From Octopus bimaculoides (Eukaryota), in NCBI RefSeq assembly GCF_001194135.2, contig NC_068992.1, forward strand, positions 67,210,419 to 67,274,418: a DNA stretch of 64,000 nucleotides, read 5' to 3'. How positions within the stretch are numbered: the first letter of the stretch is position 1; each line of letters starts with the position of its first letter. Positions 52,709 to 64,000 of this stretch are shown piece after piece. The notes under the pieces are model-generated. The model had not been told where the DNA came from. It did no database searches and was given only the letters and a program-made list of their open reading frames with translations. The position numbers and the translations under genes are program-made.

Positions 52709-53644
52709 CGCACGTACACACACACACACACACATACACACACACACATATACATAACGTGTGTCTATTACATGGCTTCATTCTATAAAATGCAGTATCA
52801 CCAGAACCTACTTTTGATGGCTTCAGTCTCACATAAAAATTCTATCAACTCGAACCCATGGCAGTATTTTATTTGCATCAGAAATAAAGAGTTCAAAATT
52901 ATAATTAAGTGGAACCAGAAAATAAACTTCTAAAATTATTTTTGCCTAGAAATATCATATTAATAATTAATTGAATTGCTGTTAGAAATTTAAATTATTG
53001 TGGGAAGCATTGAAAAGCAGTGAGGCAATAATTTAACCACAAATTACTTAAGCTAAAATATCTGATATAAACTCCTAAGGTGAAAGCAATTTAATTTGTT
53101 ATTAATTAAAAATGGATTTAAATTTAATGAAAATATTTTCGAGAATTTAAATATAGTCTACAATATTTCAATAAAATTATATTTCGTATAGATTTTCCAA
53201 AGAACAGAATCCGAAAGTAACTGTATATTAATATAAATTCTTCAACGCATATCACAAAAATTGTCTTCTTCAGATATATAACATTTTGATGAAAGACGTT
53301 CGCTTAAAATCATACGAAATTATTTGAAATCATGTAATAAAGATTTCGTCTATTAGTGGTAATACGTGAAAAGAAAATACATGCTACAAACACAAGAGAC
53401 CGATAGAGACACATAGGAACAACGTGGATACCACGTGCCATTACATTTGTTTTGAGCATGTGAGTAAAATGCCTGATAGATTTTGAAAATAAAAGTAAAT
53501 ATTTGCCTGCATTTGTTTTAATAATGGACACCGTGAATTTGGCTGCAAAACAAGTGTGAAACATGAGTAACATCGATCGCCGTTGATTTGGATTCTCTAT
53601 AATTTAGATTTAAGTTTAGTCATTGAATTTACAAAGGATGTATT

Positions 53645-53930
53645 TTGATGATGGTTAAGAAGTTCATCTTGCAACTATGGGATTCTGGTTTCGATCCTAA
53701 TGAGTGCTATCCTGTGCGAGTATCATTGTTTTTAAAACCCCACGTCGACCTATTCTCTGCCGAACACTCTGCACCTCTAGCCCCAGCGTTCAGCCGTGTC
53801 GCACGCGGTTTTACGCTGGTCCTGGTTGAGAATTTAATTAAGGGTACGCGAGTATTTGGAATACTCATTCACTTGAACATTATTCGGAAGCAGGTTATTT
53901 AGTGGATCAAATAACTGAATCATTAGAGTG
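53645..53930 (+). mobile_element. Decayed SINE with a family C-type tail
   Basis: Head tggttaagaagttc..ggtttcgatcc (A/B-box-like). The tail ttaagggtacgcgagtatttggaatactcattcacttg..gcaggttatttagtggatcaaataactgaa parallels 52170-52260. Confidence 0.55.
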
Positions 53931-54689
53931 TCTATGGCTGGTCAAGGCTACGCATGCATCTGAAGCAGTTACTATTACGTACACATCTGAAGTAGTTACT
54001 ATTTCATAGTACCTGAGTGGCAGCTTTGACAGTAGCATTTAGAAGATACTACAATTTTCACAATTTTGACTACGCTTTTGGTCGAATTGCGATTGATAAA
54101 TAATACAATGCTTGATTGACATACATTGTCAAAAGCGTTTATGTATGATGTTCTGAAGACGGCAGCTGAAATCCTGGTCAAGGTTATTTATTTACAGTAT
54201 ACAAGTGTAGAATACTGAATCAGAGTTTCTCACTCTGTCCTGCTAGAACCTGCTAGCGATTGACATTTACTTCGCTGGTTAAATAGCTGAGTGAACAGAT
54301 ATTTGAAAAGAGCTGGCTTGTTCTCTTTTTGCAAAAACATGGAATTGATCAATATCATAGGAAACAGAAATAGACAAAAATATTTTAACTTTTCTTCTAC
54401 ACTTTCACAATTCTTGCTAGTAATAGAAAATGTAAGGAGCGAAATTTGTGAAAGGCATGTTGTTTGTACTGCGAAACATTAAAAATATTTGGAACAAGAA
54501 ATACTTCTAAGCCAGATTGCTGTTAATTTGTATTGATTCCTGGCTGTAATATCTTACAAATCTATGAACTTAGAAGAAAAAGTGAGATGGAAGAGAAACG
54601 TCCGGTTTGACATCAATTTACCACAAATTCAAAAAGTTTTAGTTTGAAAAGCATATGCCAGCCAATTTGTAATTTTCTAAGAGGACGAA

Positions 54690-54950
54690 CAATTTTGAAA
54701 ACCCTTACCAATGTGAATCCAAAGTGGGCAGTTATCTTGGCTGGCAAAAGATTTAATTATTATTCTTTTGGATAGTCCCTATCATGTATGAAAACAAATC
54801 AATATAACATTTCATGACTCATTAGAGGCAGCATTAAGATATTGTCGCTTAAAGACTTCGTATTGGAATAAATATTTACCTAAAGTAATATTTTACTTGA
54901 GAAATATTTGAAGCAGAGTTATATTACCTCAGATGATAAATCCTTTTTCG
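54690..54950 (+). mobile_element. Possible ancient Gypsy-type integrase remnant
   Basis: The frame from 54771, DSPYHV*KQINITFHDSLEAALRYCRLKTSYWNKYLPKVIFYLRNI*, parallels the retroviral-type integrase (T/S)xYHPxxNGxVERFHRTLKAAL.....W...LP.V....R. QCESK lies just upstream in another frame. The catalytic Glu is not preserved. Confidence 0.35.
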
Positions 54951-55655
54951 CTCAGAAATATTGAATTAGAATTAATTAAATTGCTTTTAGGAATCCAACG
55001 AAAAGCGACGAACATTACAAAAGGGCAATGCAATAGTTTAAGCAGAAATTTTGTAGGCATAATTATTCGATATAATTTCTTAAATAAGGGCTAATTATTT
55101 TTTCCAATTAACTGAAAGCAATTCCTGGCAAAAGTTCCAATTCAAATCTCTGTTATTTCACTGGAATTAAATTTGATATAATTTACTGGTGGGCACTGGT
55201 GAGTTTGTGGTTCTTATGAATGAAAAGAACAACATTGAAGTGTTATAGTATAAAAGCATTCTAAGAGACTCAAGTCACAATGTCGAAAACTCCTACTCCA
55301 GATGATGGAGAAAAAAAGGAAAGTATTGAACAAAATATTTAGCTCTTATTATATTCGAAACTTGAACCGAATCGTTGCACTGAAAATTAAATGCGGTGAT
55401 AACATAAAAAGCCACAGTTCGTTAATACGATGTACTAAATATATCTGATTCACACTTCCACACTTTTCTTCCAATAAATTATTATTCCTTCCCAGGAATT
55501 AGAACGAATTGTTTTCATGGAACGGAAGAACGAGAAAAATATAACATGTGATTGATACAAGATATAACATCCATTTTCAAGCCCCCACCTAATTGTGTTA
55601 CTCTCTTACTTTTTGAATAATTAGGCCATTTTTCCGGAACGTTGAGTACAACATC

Positions 55656-56653
55656 GACAAAAAGTAAATTCACACAATTTTCTTATTCCAGTTCAATCTA
55701 GGCCGAAAAGCTGTGAAAAAGCTCGCGATATCCACAATGTGTTTGGCCCAGGAATCACTAATGAACGTACAACACAATGGTGGTTCATGAAATTTCGTAG
55801 CGGTAACGAGAGTTTTAAAGATGATAAGCATAGTGGTCGGCCATTGGATTTTGACAGCGGTCAACTAAGAACTTTAGTGGAAGCTAATCCGCGCACAACT
55901 GTTCGAGAGCTTGCTTCTGAATTTCCAACCACTTGAAAGAGATTGAAAAAACAAAAATACTTGGGAAATGTGTGCCGCACGAATTGAACGATAACAAAAA
56001 CAAACGCTGTTTTGAAGTGCTGTCTTCCCTTCTTTTACGCTCAGCTCAGTGGTTGGACGCCGACGAAGCTCCACGGCACTCCCTGAAGCCATATTTGTAC
56101 CAAAAGAAGGTCATGGTGACTGTTTGGTGGTCTGTAGCCGGTCTGATCCATCACAGCTTTTGGGATCCAGACGAAACCAATACAGCGGAGAAGTACTGTC
56201 AGTAAATGGATGAAATGTATAAGATACTCCAACAACAACAACCAGCATTGGTCAATAGAAAAGGACCAATTCTTCTCCACGACAACGCTCGGTCGCACGT
56301 CGCACAACTGACCATGCAGAAGTTAAACGAATTGGGCTACGAAACTTTGCCTCATCCGCCATACTCAGCAGATCTCTCGGCTACCGACTACCACTTTTTC
56401 AAGCATCTCTACAACTTTCTGCGTGAAGAAATGCTTCAAAAACCAAGACGATGCCAAACACGCCTTCAACGTCTTCATCGCCGCCAGAAGGCAAGATTTT
56501 TACGCTACTGGCATAAATAAACTTGTTTCGTGTTGACAAAAGTGTGTTGATTCTGATGGTGTTTATTTCGATTTATAAAGTTTGTTTGAGCCGAGATATG
56601 TGTATCTGAACTTAAAGGTTAGAAACCACAAACATTTTCTTGACAACCTAATA
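55656..56653 (+). mobile_element. Hsmar1-like (cecropia subfamily) mariner with the 5' TIR missing and two internal deletions
   Basis: IFLFQFNLGRK..FGPGITNERTTQWWFMKFRSG..GKCVPHELN..FEVLSSLLLR|SAQWLD..QKKVMVTVWWSVAGLIH..PALVNRKGPILLHDNARSHVAQ..LGYETLPHPPYSADLSATDYHFFKHL..YFDL* (stop 56576-56578). The 3' TIR ..cattttcttgacaacctaa is followed by TA. Confidence 0.95.
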
Positions 56654-57076
56654 TTTCAAAATATTATTACATATCCGCAGATTAGTAATTTATTTCGGGA
56701 TATAAACTGTCTTAAATATAATTTACTTTCCAAAATTTTTATTGAATTCTTAACTAAATATTTAGTTTACAGATAAATTCATCTCTTGGGAGTTTTCTTT
56801 TCTCACCGTTATTGAATCTCCAATGTTTTCCACGGCTCAAGTACAGCTGTGACATGAAAACTAATGTCTATAGCACTCATCAAAACGCTGAGATATCTCG
56901 AAGTTTTATGCACATAAATACCTTACTGCATACATACATACATTCATACATACATAATACATACATATATAAATACATGCATACACGCATACATACATGC
57001 ATACACACATATATACATACATACGTACATACATACAGATAGACAGACATAGACACAGACACACAGACACGCGCAC

Positions 57077-57141
<65 letters not shown>

Positions 57142-57299
57142 TATAATGAGAGTGGATGTGTTGTTTCAAAGAAAGACTTGACACATTTTAATCACAAAAT
57201 CTTCTCCATAACAAAAGAAGCTGCAGTTCTGCAGTTAACTGCACATGATGCCCATGAAAAAGGTGAAATAAGCGAGTAAATCACGTTTCTGACATTCAT

Positions 57300-57395
57300 A
57301 CTACTACTACTACTACTCGCTGTAGTATTAGCAGCAGCATTACTATTGTTAGAAGTAGCAGCAACAGCAGTGGCAGCAGCAGCAGAAGTAGCAGT

Positions 57396-57458
<63 letters not shown>
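57300..57458. repeat. Compound trinucleotide repeat (CTA)n-(GCA/GTA mix)-(GTA)n
   Basis: Directly visible; the outer (CTA)n and (TAG)n tracts are complementary to each other. Confidence 0.9.
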
Positions 57459-57854
57459 CATACAACATAGAATATCTTTTCCTTCTCGGTTGGCAATGGA
57501 ATAAAAAAGACCAGAGGTTTAAGGTGGGGGCGGAGTGTCAACTGTATTCATGGCGCCTGTCAAAACGTTCGAATACTTTACACATCAACTTAAAAATCGA
57601 TTAAACCGAGGAAACCAGATAAATAATACTTCATCACTAATGCTATCTTCACTGAAATATGTCAATATTCTTTTATAAATATAAATATATATTCCATTCT
57701 CATCGGTTTATTTAGACATGAGAAAAAAATTGTAAGATATAAATATATGCATCATGAATTTTTTTACAGACTTCATGAAAAAAATATAATCAAGGCAAAC
57801 AGGTGATAAATTATTTTAAAATTATATTTCGACAGTGTGTGTGTATGATGTATA

Positions 57855-57932
<78 letters not shown>

Positions 57933-58977
57933 TGTGTAGTAGTATATCATTAAAAAATGGAGTGTTTGAACAGAGCATGATCAATTTGTTTCCATGTTGT
58001 CAATTAGATAAGCCTACGATCGTTTCCCTATCAATCTTCATTCAAATTACAATTAAAATTGAATTATGAAATAATGAAGTAAATACATATTTAAGAAATA
58101 CAATTAAAGTAGGGAAATTAAATAAAAAGTAGGTCTAATAGAAAATACGAAAATACAAAATCTAGAATAGAAATCTAAGCTGTAAGTCTAATAATAATAA
58201 CAACATAACTCAAATCCTTGAGAGGTAAGACACAAGAACAATATAACAAAACAAAGGTAAAACCTAGCCCGGTCACATGACACATAGAAAACAATACCCC
58301 GGTAAAATAGATCTAATTAAATTAATTTAATTAAATATACAAATTAACCCTAGACACCAACAATTATGACTAACACACCCACAAATTAATAAATTAATAA
58401 AAATAATGCTATGAATTCAAGTTCTCACAATTGATAGTATAAATTAAAATGAAATGATATATTTTTTTACTGATAAACAAATAAACGAAAAATAACTATA
58501 TATACACCTATAACGGCTATTTAATCTGTTGGACGCTCAATCTATTGGGATGTAAAACAAATGTGTCAATTTTCGGCCTAAAGAAGTATCTACTTTCGAC
58601 ATTTCATGACGCAATTTTGATATAGAAACGTTTCTAAACTTATACAATTGACAAAATGTAAATAAATTGTTTTTGTTCTGTTCAAACTCTCCATTTTCTT
58701 TATCATATATTAATATAACTCTACCTACATATATACACGAAATATTGGAACTCCAAAATGTGTATAATATTGGTGCCTAATAAAAAATAAACACTAATAC
58801 TACTGCGAAAAAGCAGGTTTCCAGAAAGTTCATCAATATATACGATAAAACCGGAGGACGTGTGGATGTTGACATACTTTAAAGAGGAATTTATCTTCTC
58901 ACAAAATCCCACTTACAATAATTATATAAATATATATATACGCATGCATATACTTTATATATATATGAGGGCGTGTG

Positions 58978-59016
<39 letters not shown>

Positions 59017-62000
59017 NNNNNNNNNNGATGTTGACATACTTTAAAGAGGAATTTATCTTCTCACAAAATCCCACTTACAATAATTATATAAATATATATA
59101 TACGCATGCATATACTTTATATATATATGATTGTGCACGTGTTAAGAAGCGTAAAGTACCGATTTATTTGATACATAGTTAAAAAGACATAAGTACAAGT
59201 ATAAAAGAATTATGGGGTTGATATTTTCCACTAAAGAATTTGGGGAGAGTTACTCAACGTGGCCGCTGGCCAATGGTCGTAAGTAGTGAAAAAGAATAAA
59301 AGAATAAATGGATATAATTGACAGCAGACTATTGGATTAAATATATTAAGAAAATATATAAAAGTATAAAGTGAGGGAAAATGGTAAACAGTCAGGATAT
59401 TAGTAAATTGAACCAGTATTTTTAAAGATATGTTTGGTATATACTGAGACACAGATTATTATGTGTAAGTATTTGAAGGCGAACAGAATATCTGTTACCG
59501 TATTTCTGTTACCGTATTATATTATGTAATAAGTCACCGCAGGAAGGTTTTTCTTACTAAGGATATTGCATAATATATATCTTATGTTTATTTGGAAAAG
59601 AAATGTTGCATTACGATTTTATTGATGTGTTAGGTTGTATAATGAGAGCACAGATATTAGCTGTGAATATATCAGTTCTCCTCCGATTTTTATATTATGT
59701 TTATTGTTTTGAAATGCCTAGATGTACTTACAAAAAGGGGGTGGGGGATATCACCGGATTAGCAATAAAATACAACAGATATGATATCTATTCCTTATTT
59801 CACATCTAGCCTCGCTTTTTTGTAAAAGGCAACGTTTTCAATATGCACAAAGCAAGATACAGTTTATTACTCTACGTATTCAAAACAATCAATAAACTGA
59901 CGAGTGTTTTACAGAGATGCAGTGCTAAATTGAATACAGAGGTTCAGACAAAAAGGATTACCCTAGAATTCCAGTTTGTCCTTACTGTTCCTAACTACGG
60001 AGAAGAAAAGAATGATTCCTGTGTTGGTGTCTTACTCATCTACATCAAAACATAGAGGGAGGATAACTGCAGTCAGTTCAGCAATTTCAGATAAGTGAAC
60101 CAGCAAAACAATGAGAAATTATTGATTCGCTCAGTAAACATTAAGATTCATATTTTCAATAGCTTTGAACTAGAAATGACATGATAATCCCGAAGTCCAT
60201 GCAAGCTTTAGGAGTATAACAAATGTGAGGATACAGTGCATTCCTTTAATCAGTGAAAATTAAACACCTGTAATTTAAGACAGCATTCATTAGGGCTGAT
60301 CATAATTATCTCCAAAAAAAAATAATAAGGCAGAGAACTCCAATGTTAAAAGTGATGAAAAAGCGAATCAGGCACTGGTTTGTGGGTTCGATGAACGGTA
60401 AATACGGGGTGTGACTTTGGAGATGTTTCGCTCTTAGTATTTCTTGTTTGCAAAATATATTCTAAACATTATGATGTTTGAGAAGATAGGATTTTCAGTG
60501 GGAAAATATTTACGGAGTCTGCACTTTAAAATAATTATATAGGGATATTTCGTTTGGCCGCTTATGAAGAATATATTGGTTTGTTGGTGCTAATATATAC
60601 GCAAAATATATTAAGTGTATTAGTTAGCCAATGATATCTCTCCGAGATACCGGTTTTAACTTTTGCTCGCTTTGCGTTCGTTTATTTTAATTTATGCAGC
60701 GTTCATATAAATTCTATCAGTGAGAAGTGTCCTTACGTCACTAGTAGAACAATTCAGTAAGACAAATAGCATATAGCTCTATAATCTATAATTGATAATA
60801 GTTGCATGTGAATAAGTAAAATATAAGAATGTATGCGAAACACATTTGCTTTGGCGTTTCAAAATAAATCTGATTACATTAGATAATATAAAAGTCGTTA
60901 ATTTCCATGTGAAAGTATTTGAGAGATTCACCACAAGATGACAATGGCTCATTAATGTATCGTTTCTTTCTTTATTTTACACAGGTAATATATCATCAGT
61001 GACAGTCATTATATTGACACAACATCACACATTTGTCGCAAAATCTTATACTCAAAGCAATTCAGATCGGTTTGTGATTAATATTTTATTGACTAAATTG
61101 AAAGGCAACGTAATTAATGGTCTAATTTTAACACAAAATCATTATCGAAGAAATAATACTGACAAATCGTTCCCCAGTGCCGTATGTTTGACACAACACC
61201 ATAGTTTAATGACCCTAATAAGAATTTTTATATTACTATAACGCCATCTAATATGGGTCATTAGTAAAGTTAAATGAATTTACTTCAGCATATATGACTT
61301 GTGGTATTGACTCCATGGGGACCAATCAAAAGCAGCAGATATTGTTATCATGGCCTCTAAAATAACAACAGTCACCTCTCGTATCCTGAAGAACGTGTTG
61401 TCCTGAAACTATGTTCACCATAATATTTCCCGCACGTAGTATTATGTTGCAGTTCCCGAACTTCTTTGGTGAATGAATATTGTAAATAAATGGGCGATAT
61501 ATTTATGAGGCAGAAATATATATCCCATGACGTATCAATTATTACGAAGACATAATGAATTATTTCAGTTACAATACACCAAATTAATCCGTTTAACACC
61601 GATAATTTATAGTTATTATTTTATAGGTCTCAGGGTAATGCTCCGTTTTATCTATTTTAACAAGACTTTAATTCAACACTATATCCATTTCATTATACAT
61701 TATGCGAGTGGCATGACTGCAATATTTCAAATCCTAATACAAACAACACGGAATGTAATTTCCTTTCAGGTTCAAAATCATATCAATAATTGCAAGTAAA
61801 AAATAAAAATTAAAAAACGATTCATACATTATAATCTATTTTATGATAATGGGCAAGTTTATTGGGTAAAATCAAGAAAACCGATTGAAAAAAAAATGTT
61901 GTGATAGGTGTATCATTGGTAACAGTATTTTCATAGACACGTTTGATCTGTTTAATTGGTTTAGGGAGACGTGAAGATTCTAGTGTTCCGGACATTGTGG

Positions 62001-62263
62001 TACTATATAGAGAGAAGAAAAGAGTGACTAGGAGAGAATGAGGGAAGAGAGGGAGGAGTGGAGAGAAGAAGAGAAAGCGAAAGAAGGAGTATGGGAGAAG
62101 TGGTGTTTCTGTCTGGGTTGCAGAGAAATAAATTGTTGAAGGATTGAGTGGGGAGAAATAAAGGGAGGACAGGTATAGAGGGAAGGTTTGAGGAGGAGGT
62201 GATGAATAATCTGGAGTGTGAGGGGGAAAAGTAAGTGGAGGATATAGAGTGGAGGCAAAGGGC

Positions 62264-62328
<65 letters not shown>

Positions 62329-63914
62329 CTCACACACACATGCACACACATATATATGTGCGTTTGCGCGCGTAGGAGTGTATGTATTGTGTATGTATTT
62401 GTCTCCACTACCGGTTGACAATCGGTATTGGTTTTTTCGATTGAAATTCTTCAATTCGGTGCCCCAGTGTATCCGTGCTTTAATGACTGAAAAGAGTAAA
62501 GGACAGTAGGTTGATAGAACCTGAAATAAAGGATGATGAATATTTCCTTGAACTAATTACAATAAATACATTATGATAGTTGTAGAAGATGTCTATCGGT
62601 AAATGGTAGATGTGGATTGAGATTCGAAAGAGTTTTAAAGACATTGAGCGGTTACACGTTAAAATAGAGTGAAGCTATTTCAATTTCAGAATGTGAAAAT
62701 ATTTTGGGGATATTTGCGTAAAATACATATAATATTGAACATATTTATGCAGGTTTTTCCAAGATGTGTCAAATTCCTTTTAAAAATTTAAAACATAATG
62801 TATTTATATATCTAAGAGAAATGCTGATAACAACAACAACAACAACCAATATAACAAGAGCAAGAATATCCTTATAATAGATAACATTGTGCCATTTACA
62901 GTGTCAATAATACCAATAAGAGGCCACCATCTTTACTCAATAAAATAATGCTTAGAAAGGTGTGTTGCAGCGTGTAAGCAAGTATGGCGAAGGTGATAAT
63001 AGAAAGAAGAAAACAGTGGAACATATTCTAGGTTATAAAATTTAGACGAAAAACTGATTAAATGAAATCTTTTTTATGCCCCCCCCCCCTTCACTTATGC
63101 ATTTAGGAAAAGATGCAATACAATATTGCCGATTCAAACACGAGATAATCAGATAAAAAAAAAAAGAAATACACCCATATTAGAAGAGGAAGAACGAGAA
63201 ATATTTCTAGTCATTTTAATCATGTTTTTTTCTTCTAGAAATAAACTTTATTTACAAACTGAAAATCGATTCAAAATTGACGGGTGGAAATCAACCAGGG
63301 TATACATTTATACGTTGCTAGTTGTATTATCGTTGAAGCTCTATTATGCAGAGTGAACAGTTTCACTTCAGAAACTTAACATGATATTCGCTTTAGAAAA
63401 ATGAGTCTTGGTATCTTTTGGAGTGAGAGAATCGTCAATTAAGGCCATTAATATTGAGGTAGATAAAGATGGAGATATAATGGAATTAGAACAAGCAGTG
63501 ACGTACAACATTAACGAAGTCGACTGATTATAGTAGTCACAAACATGGGATTAGGAATGGATTTTACAAAAAAACAAGAGAAATATAAACAATAAAGGAA
63601 TGTTAATCAATGCAATACCCGAGCTGTTACATAAACACCTGAACATAGTCTGAATTGGAAGTTAGAAAAATGGTGTAGAAAAAACTAGAGAAATAATAAC
63701 TGAAATTAGAATTAAAATTTACGAATAAAATGTGGAAATTGGAAATATGTTTTCTGAAATACGCAGAGATAGAGAGGGATAGAGATATACAGAGATATAG
63801 AAGGGGCGAGCCATCTCATACGAGGGCGTTATAAAGTATCCAATGTTGAACTAAAACTATCAAATAAAGATAAACAGGTACATAAGCATAAAAGTTGAAT
63901 TAAAATTATTAATC

Positions 63915-63969
<55 letters not shown>

Positions 63970-64000
63970 GATCCATTTAGAACGGGTTTGAACTTCTCAA

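Noticed and set aside
58865-59130. 104-bp exact direct repeat (58865-58968 and 59027-59130) around a 10-N gap
   Set aside because: Same artefact pattern; the two copies are identical and the second starts exactly at the gap edge.
59750-60060. Possible Gypsy RT remnant
   Set aside because: Only vague motif echoes; no YxDD or other anchor.
61380-61415. CTGAAGA...GAAAC, a second hammerhead-like motif
   Set aside because: No convincing helix II or helix I pairing, and no NUH triplet in register.

Overview
AT-rich, microsatellite-dense animal genomic DNA from a draft assembly with 14 N-gaps, nearly all bordered by simple repeats. The SINE families and repeat landscape resemble what I recall for Octopus/coleoid cephalopods; this is inferred, not database-checked. 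One host gene is supported: the last four coding exons (3667-3732, 7303-7401, 8240-8316, 9432-9531; + strand; all introns GT-AG; frame continuous) of a peptidase M13 neprilysin/ECE-family zinc metallopeptidase. They encode [113 protein letters not shown]. In the remaining ~54 kb I recognise no host exon. It holds tRNA-derived SINEs, decayed LINE/Penelope/Gypsy fragments, four mariner copies (one full-length with TIRs and TA ends, one Hsmar1-like), two foldback-like MITEs and microsatellites. Almost all entries in the ORF track are microsatellite or N-gap artefacts. I found no convincing new multi-gene system. The best leads are small: a foldback element enclosing a Tc1-type transposase fragment (49.3 kb), a variant minimal hammerhead-like motif in a Penelope-like repeat (23.8 kb), and a minisatellite amplified from the A-box region of a SINE (2.3-3.0 kb).
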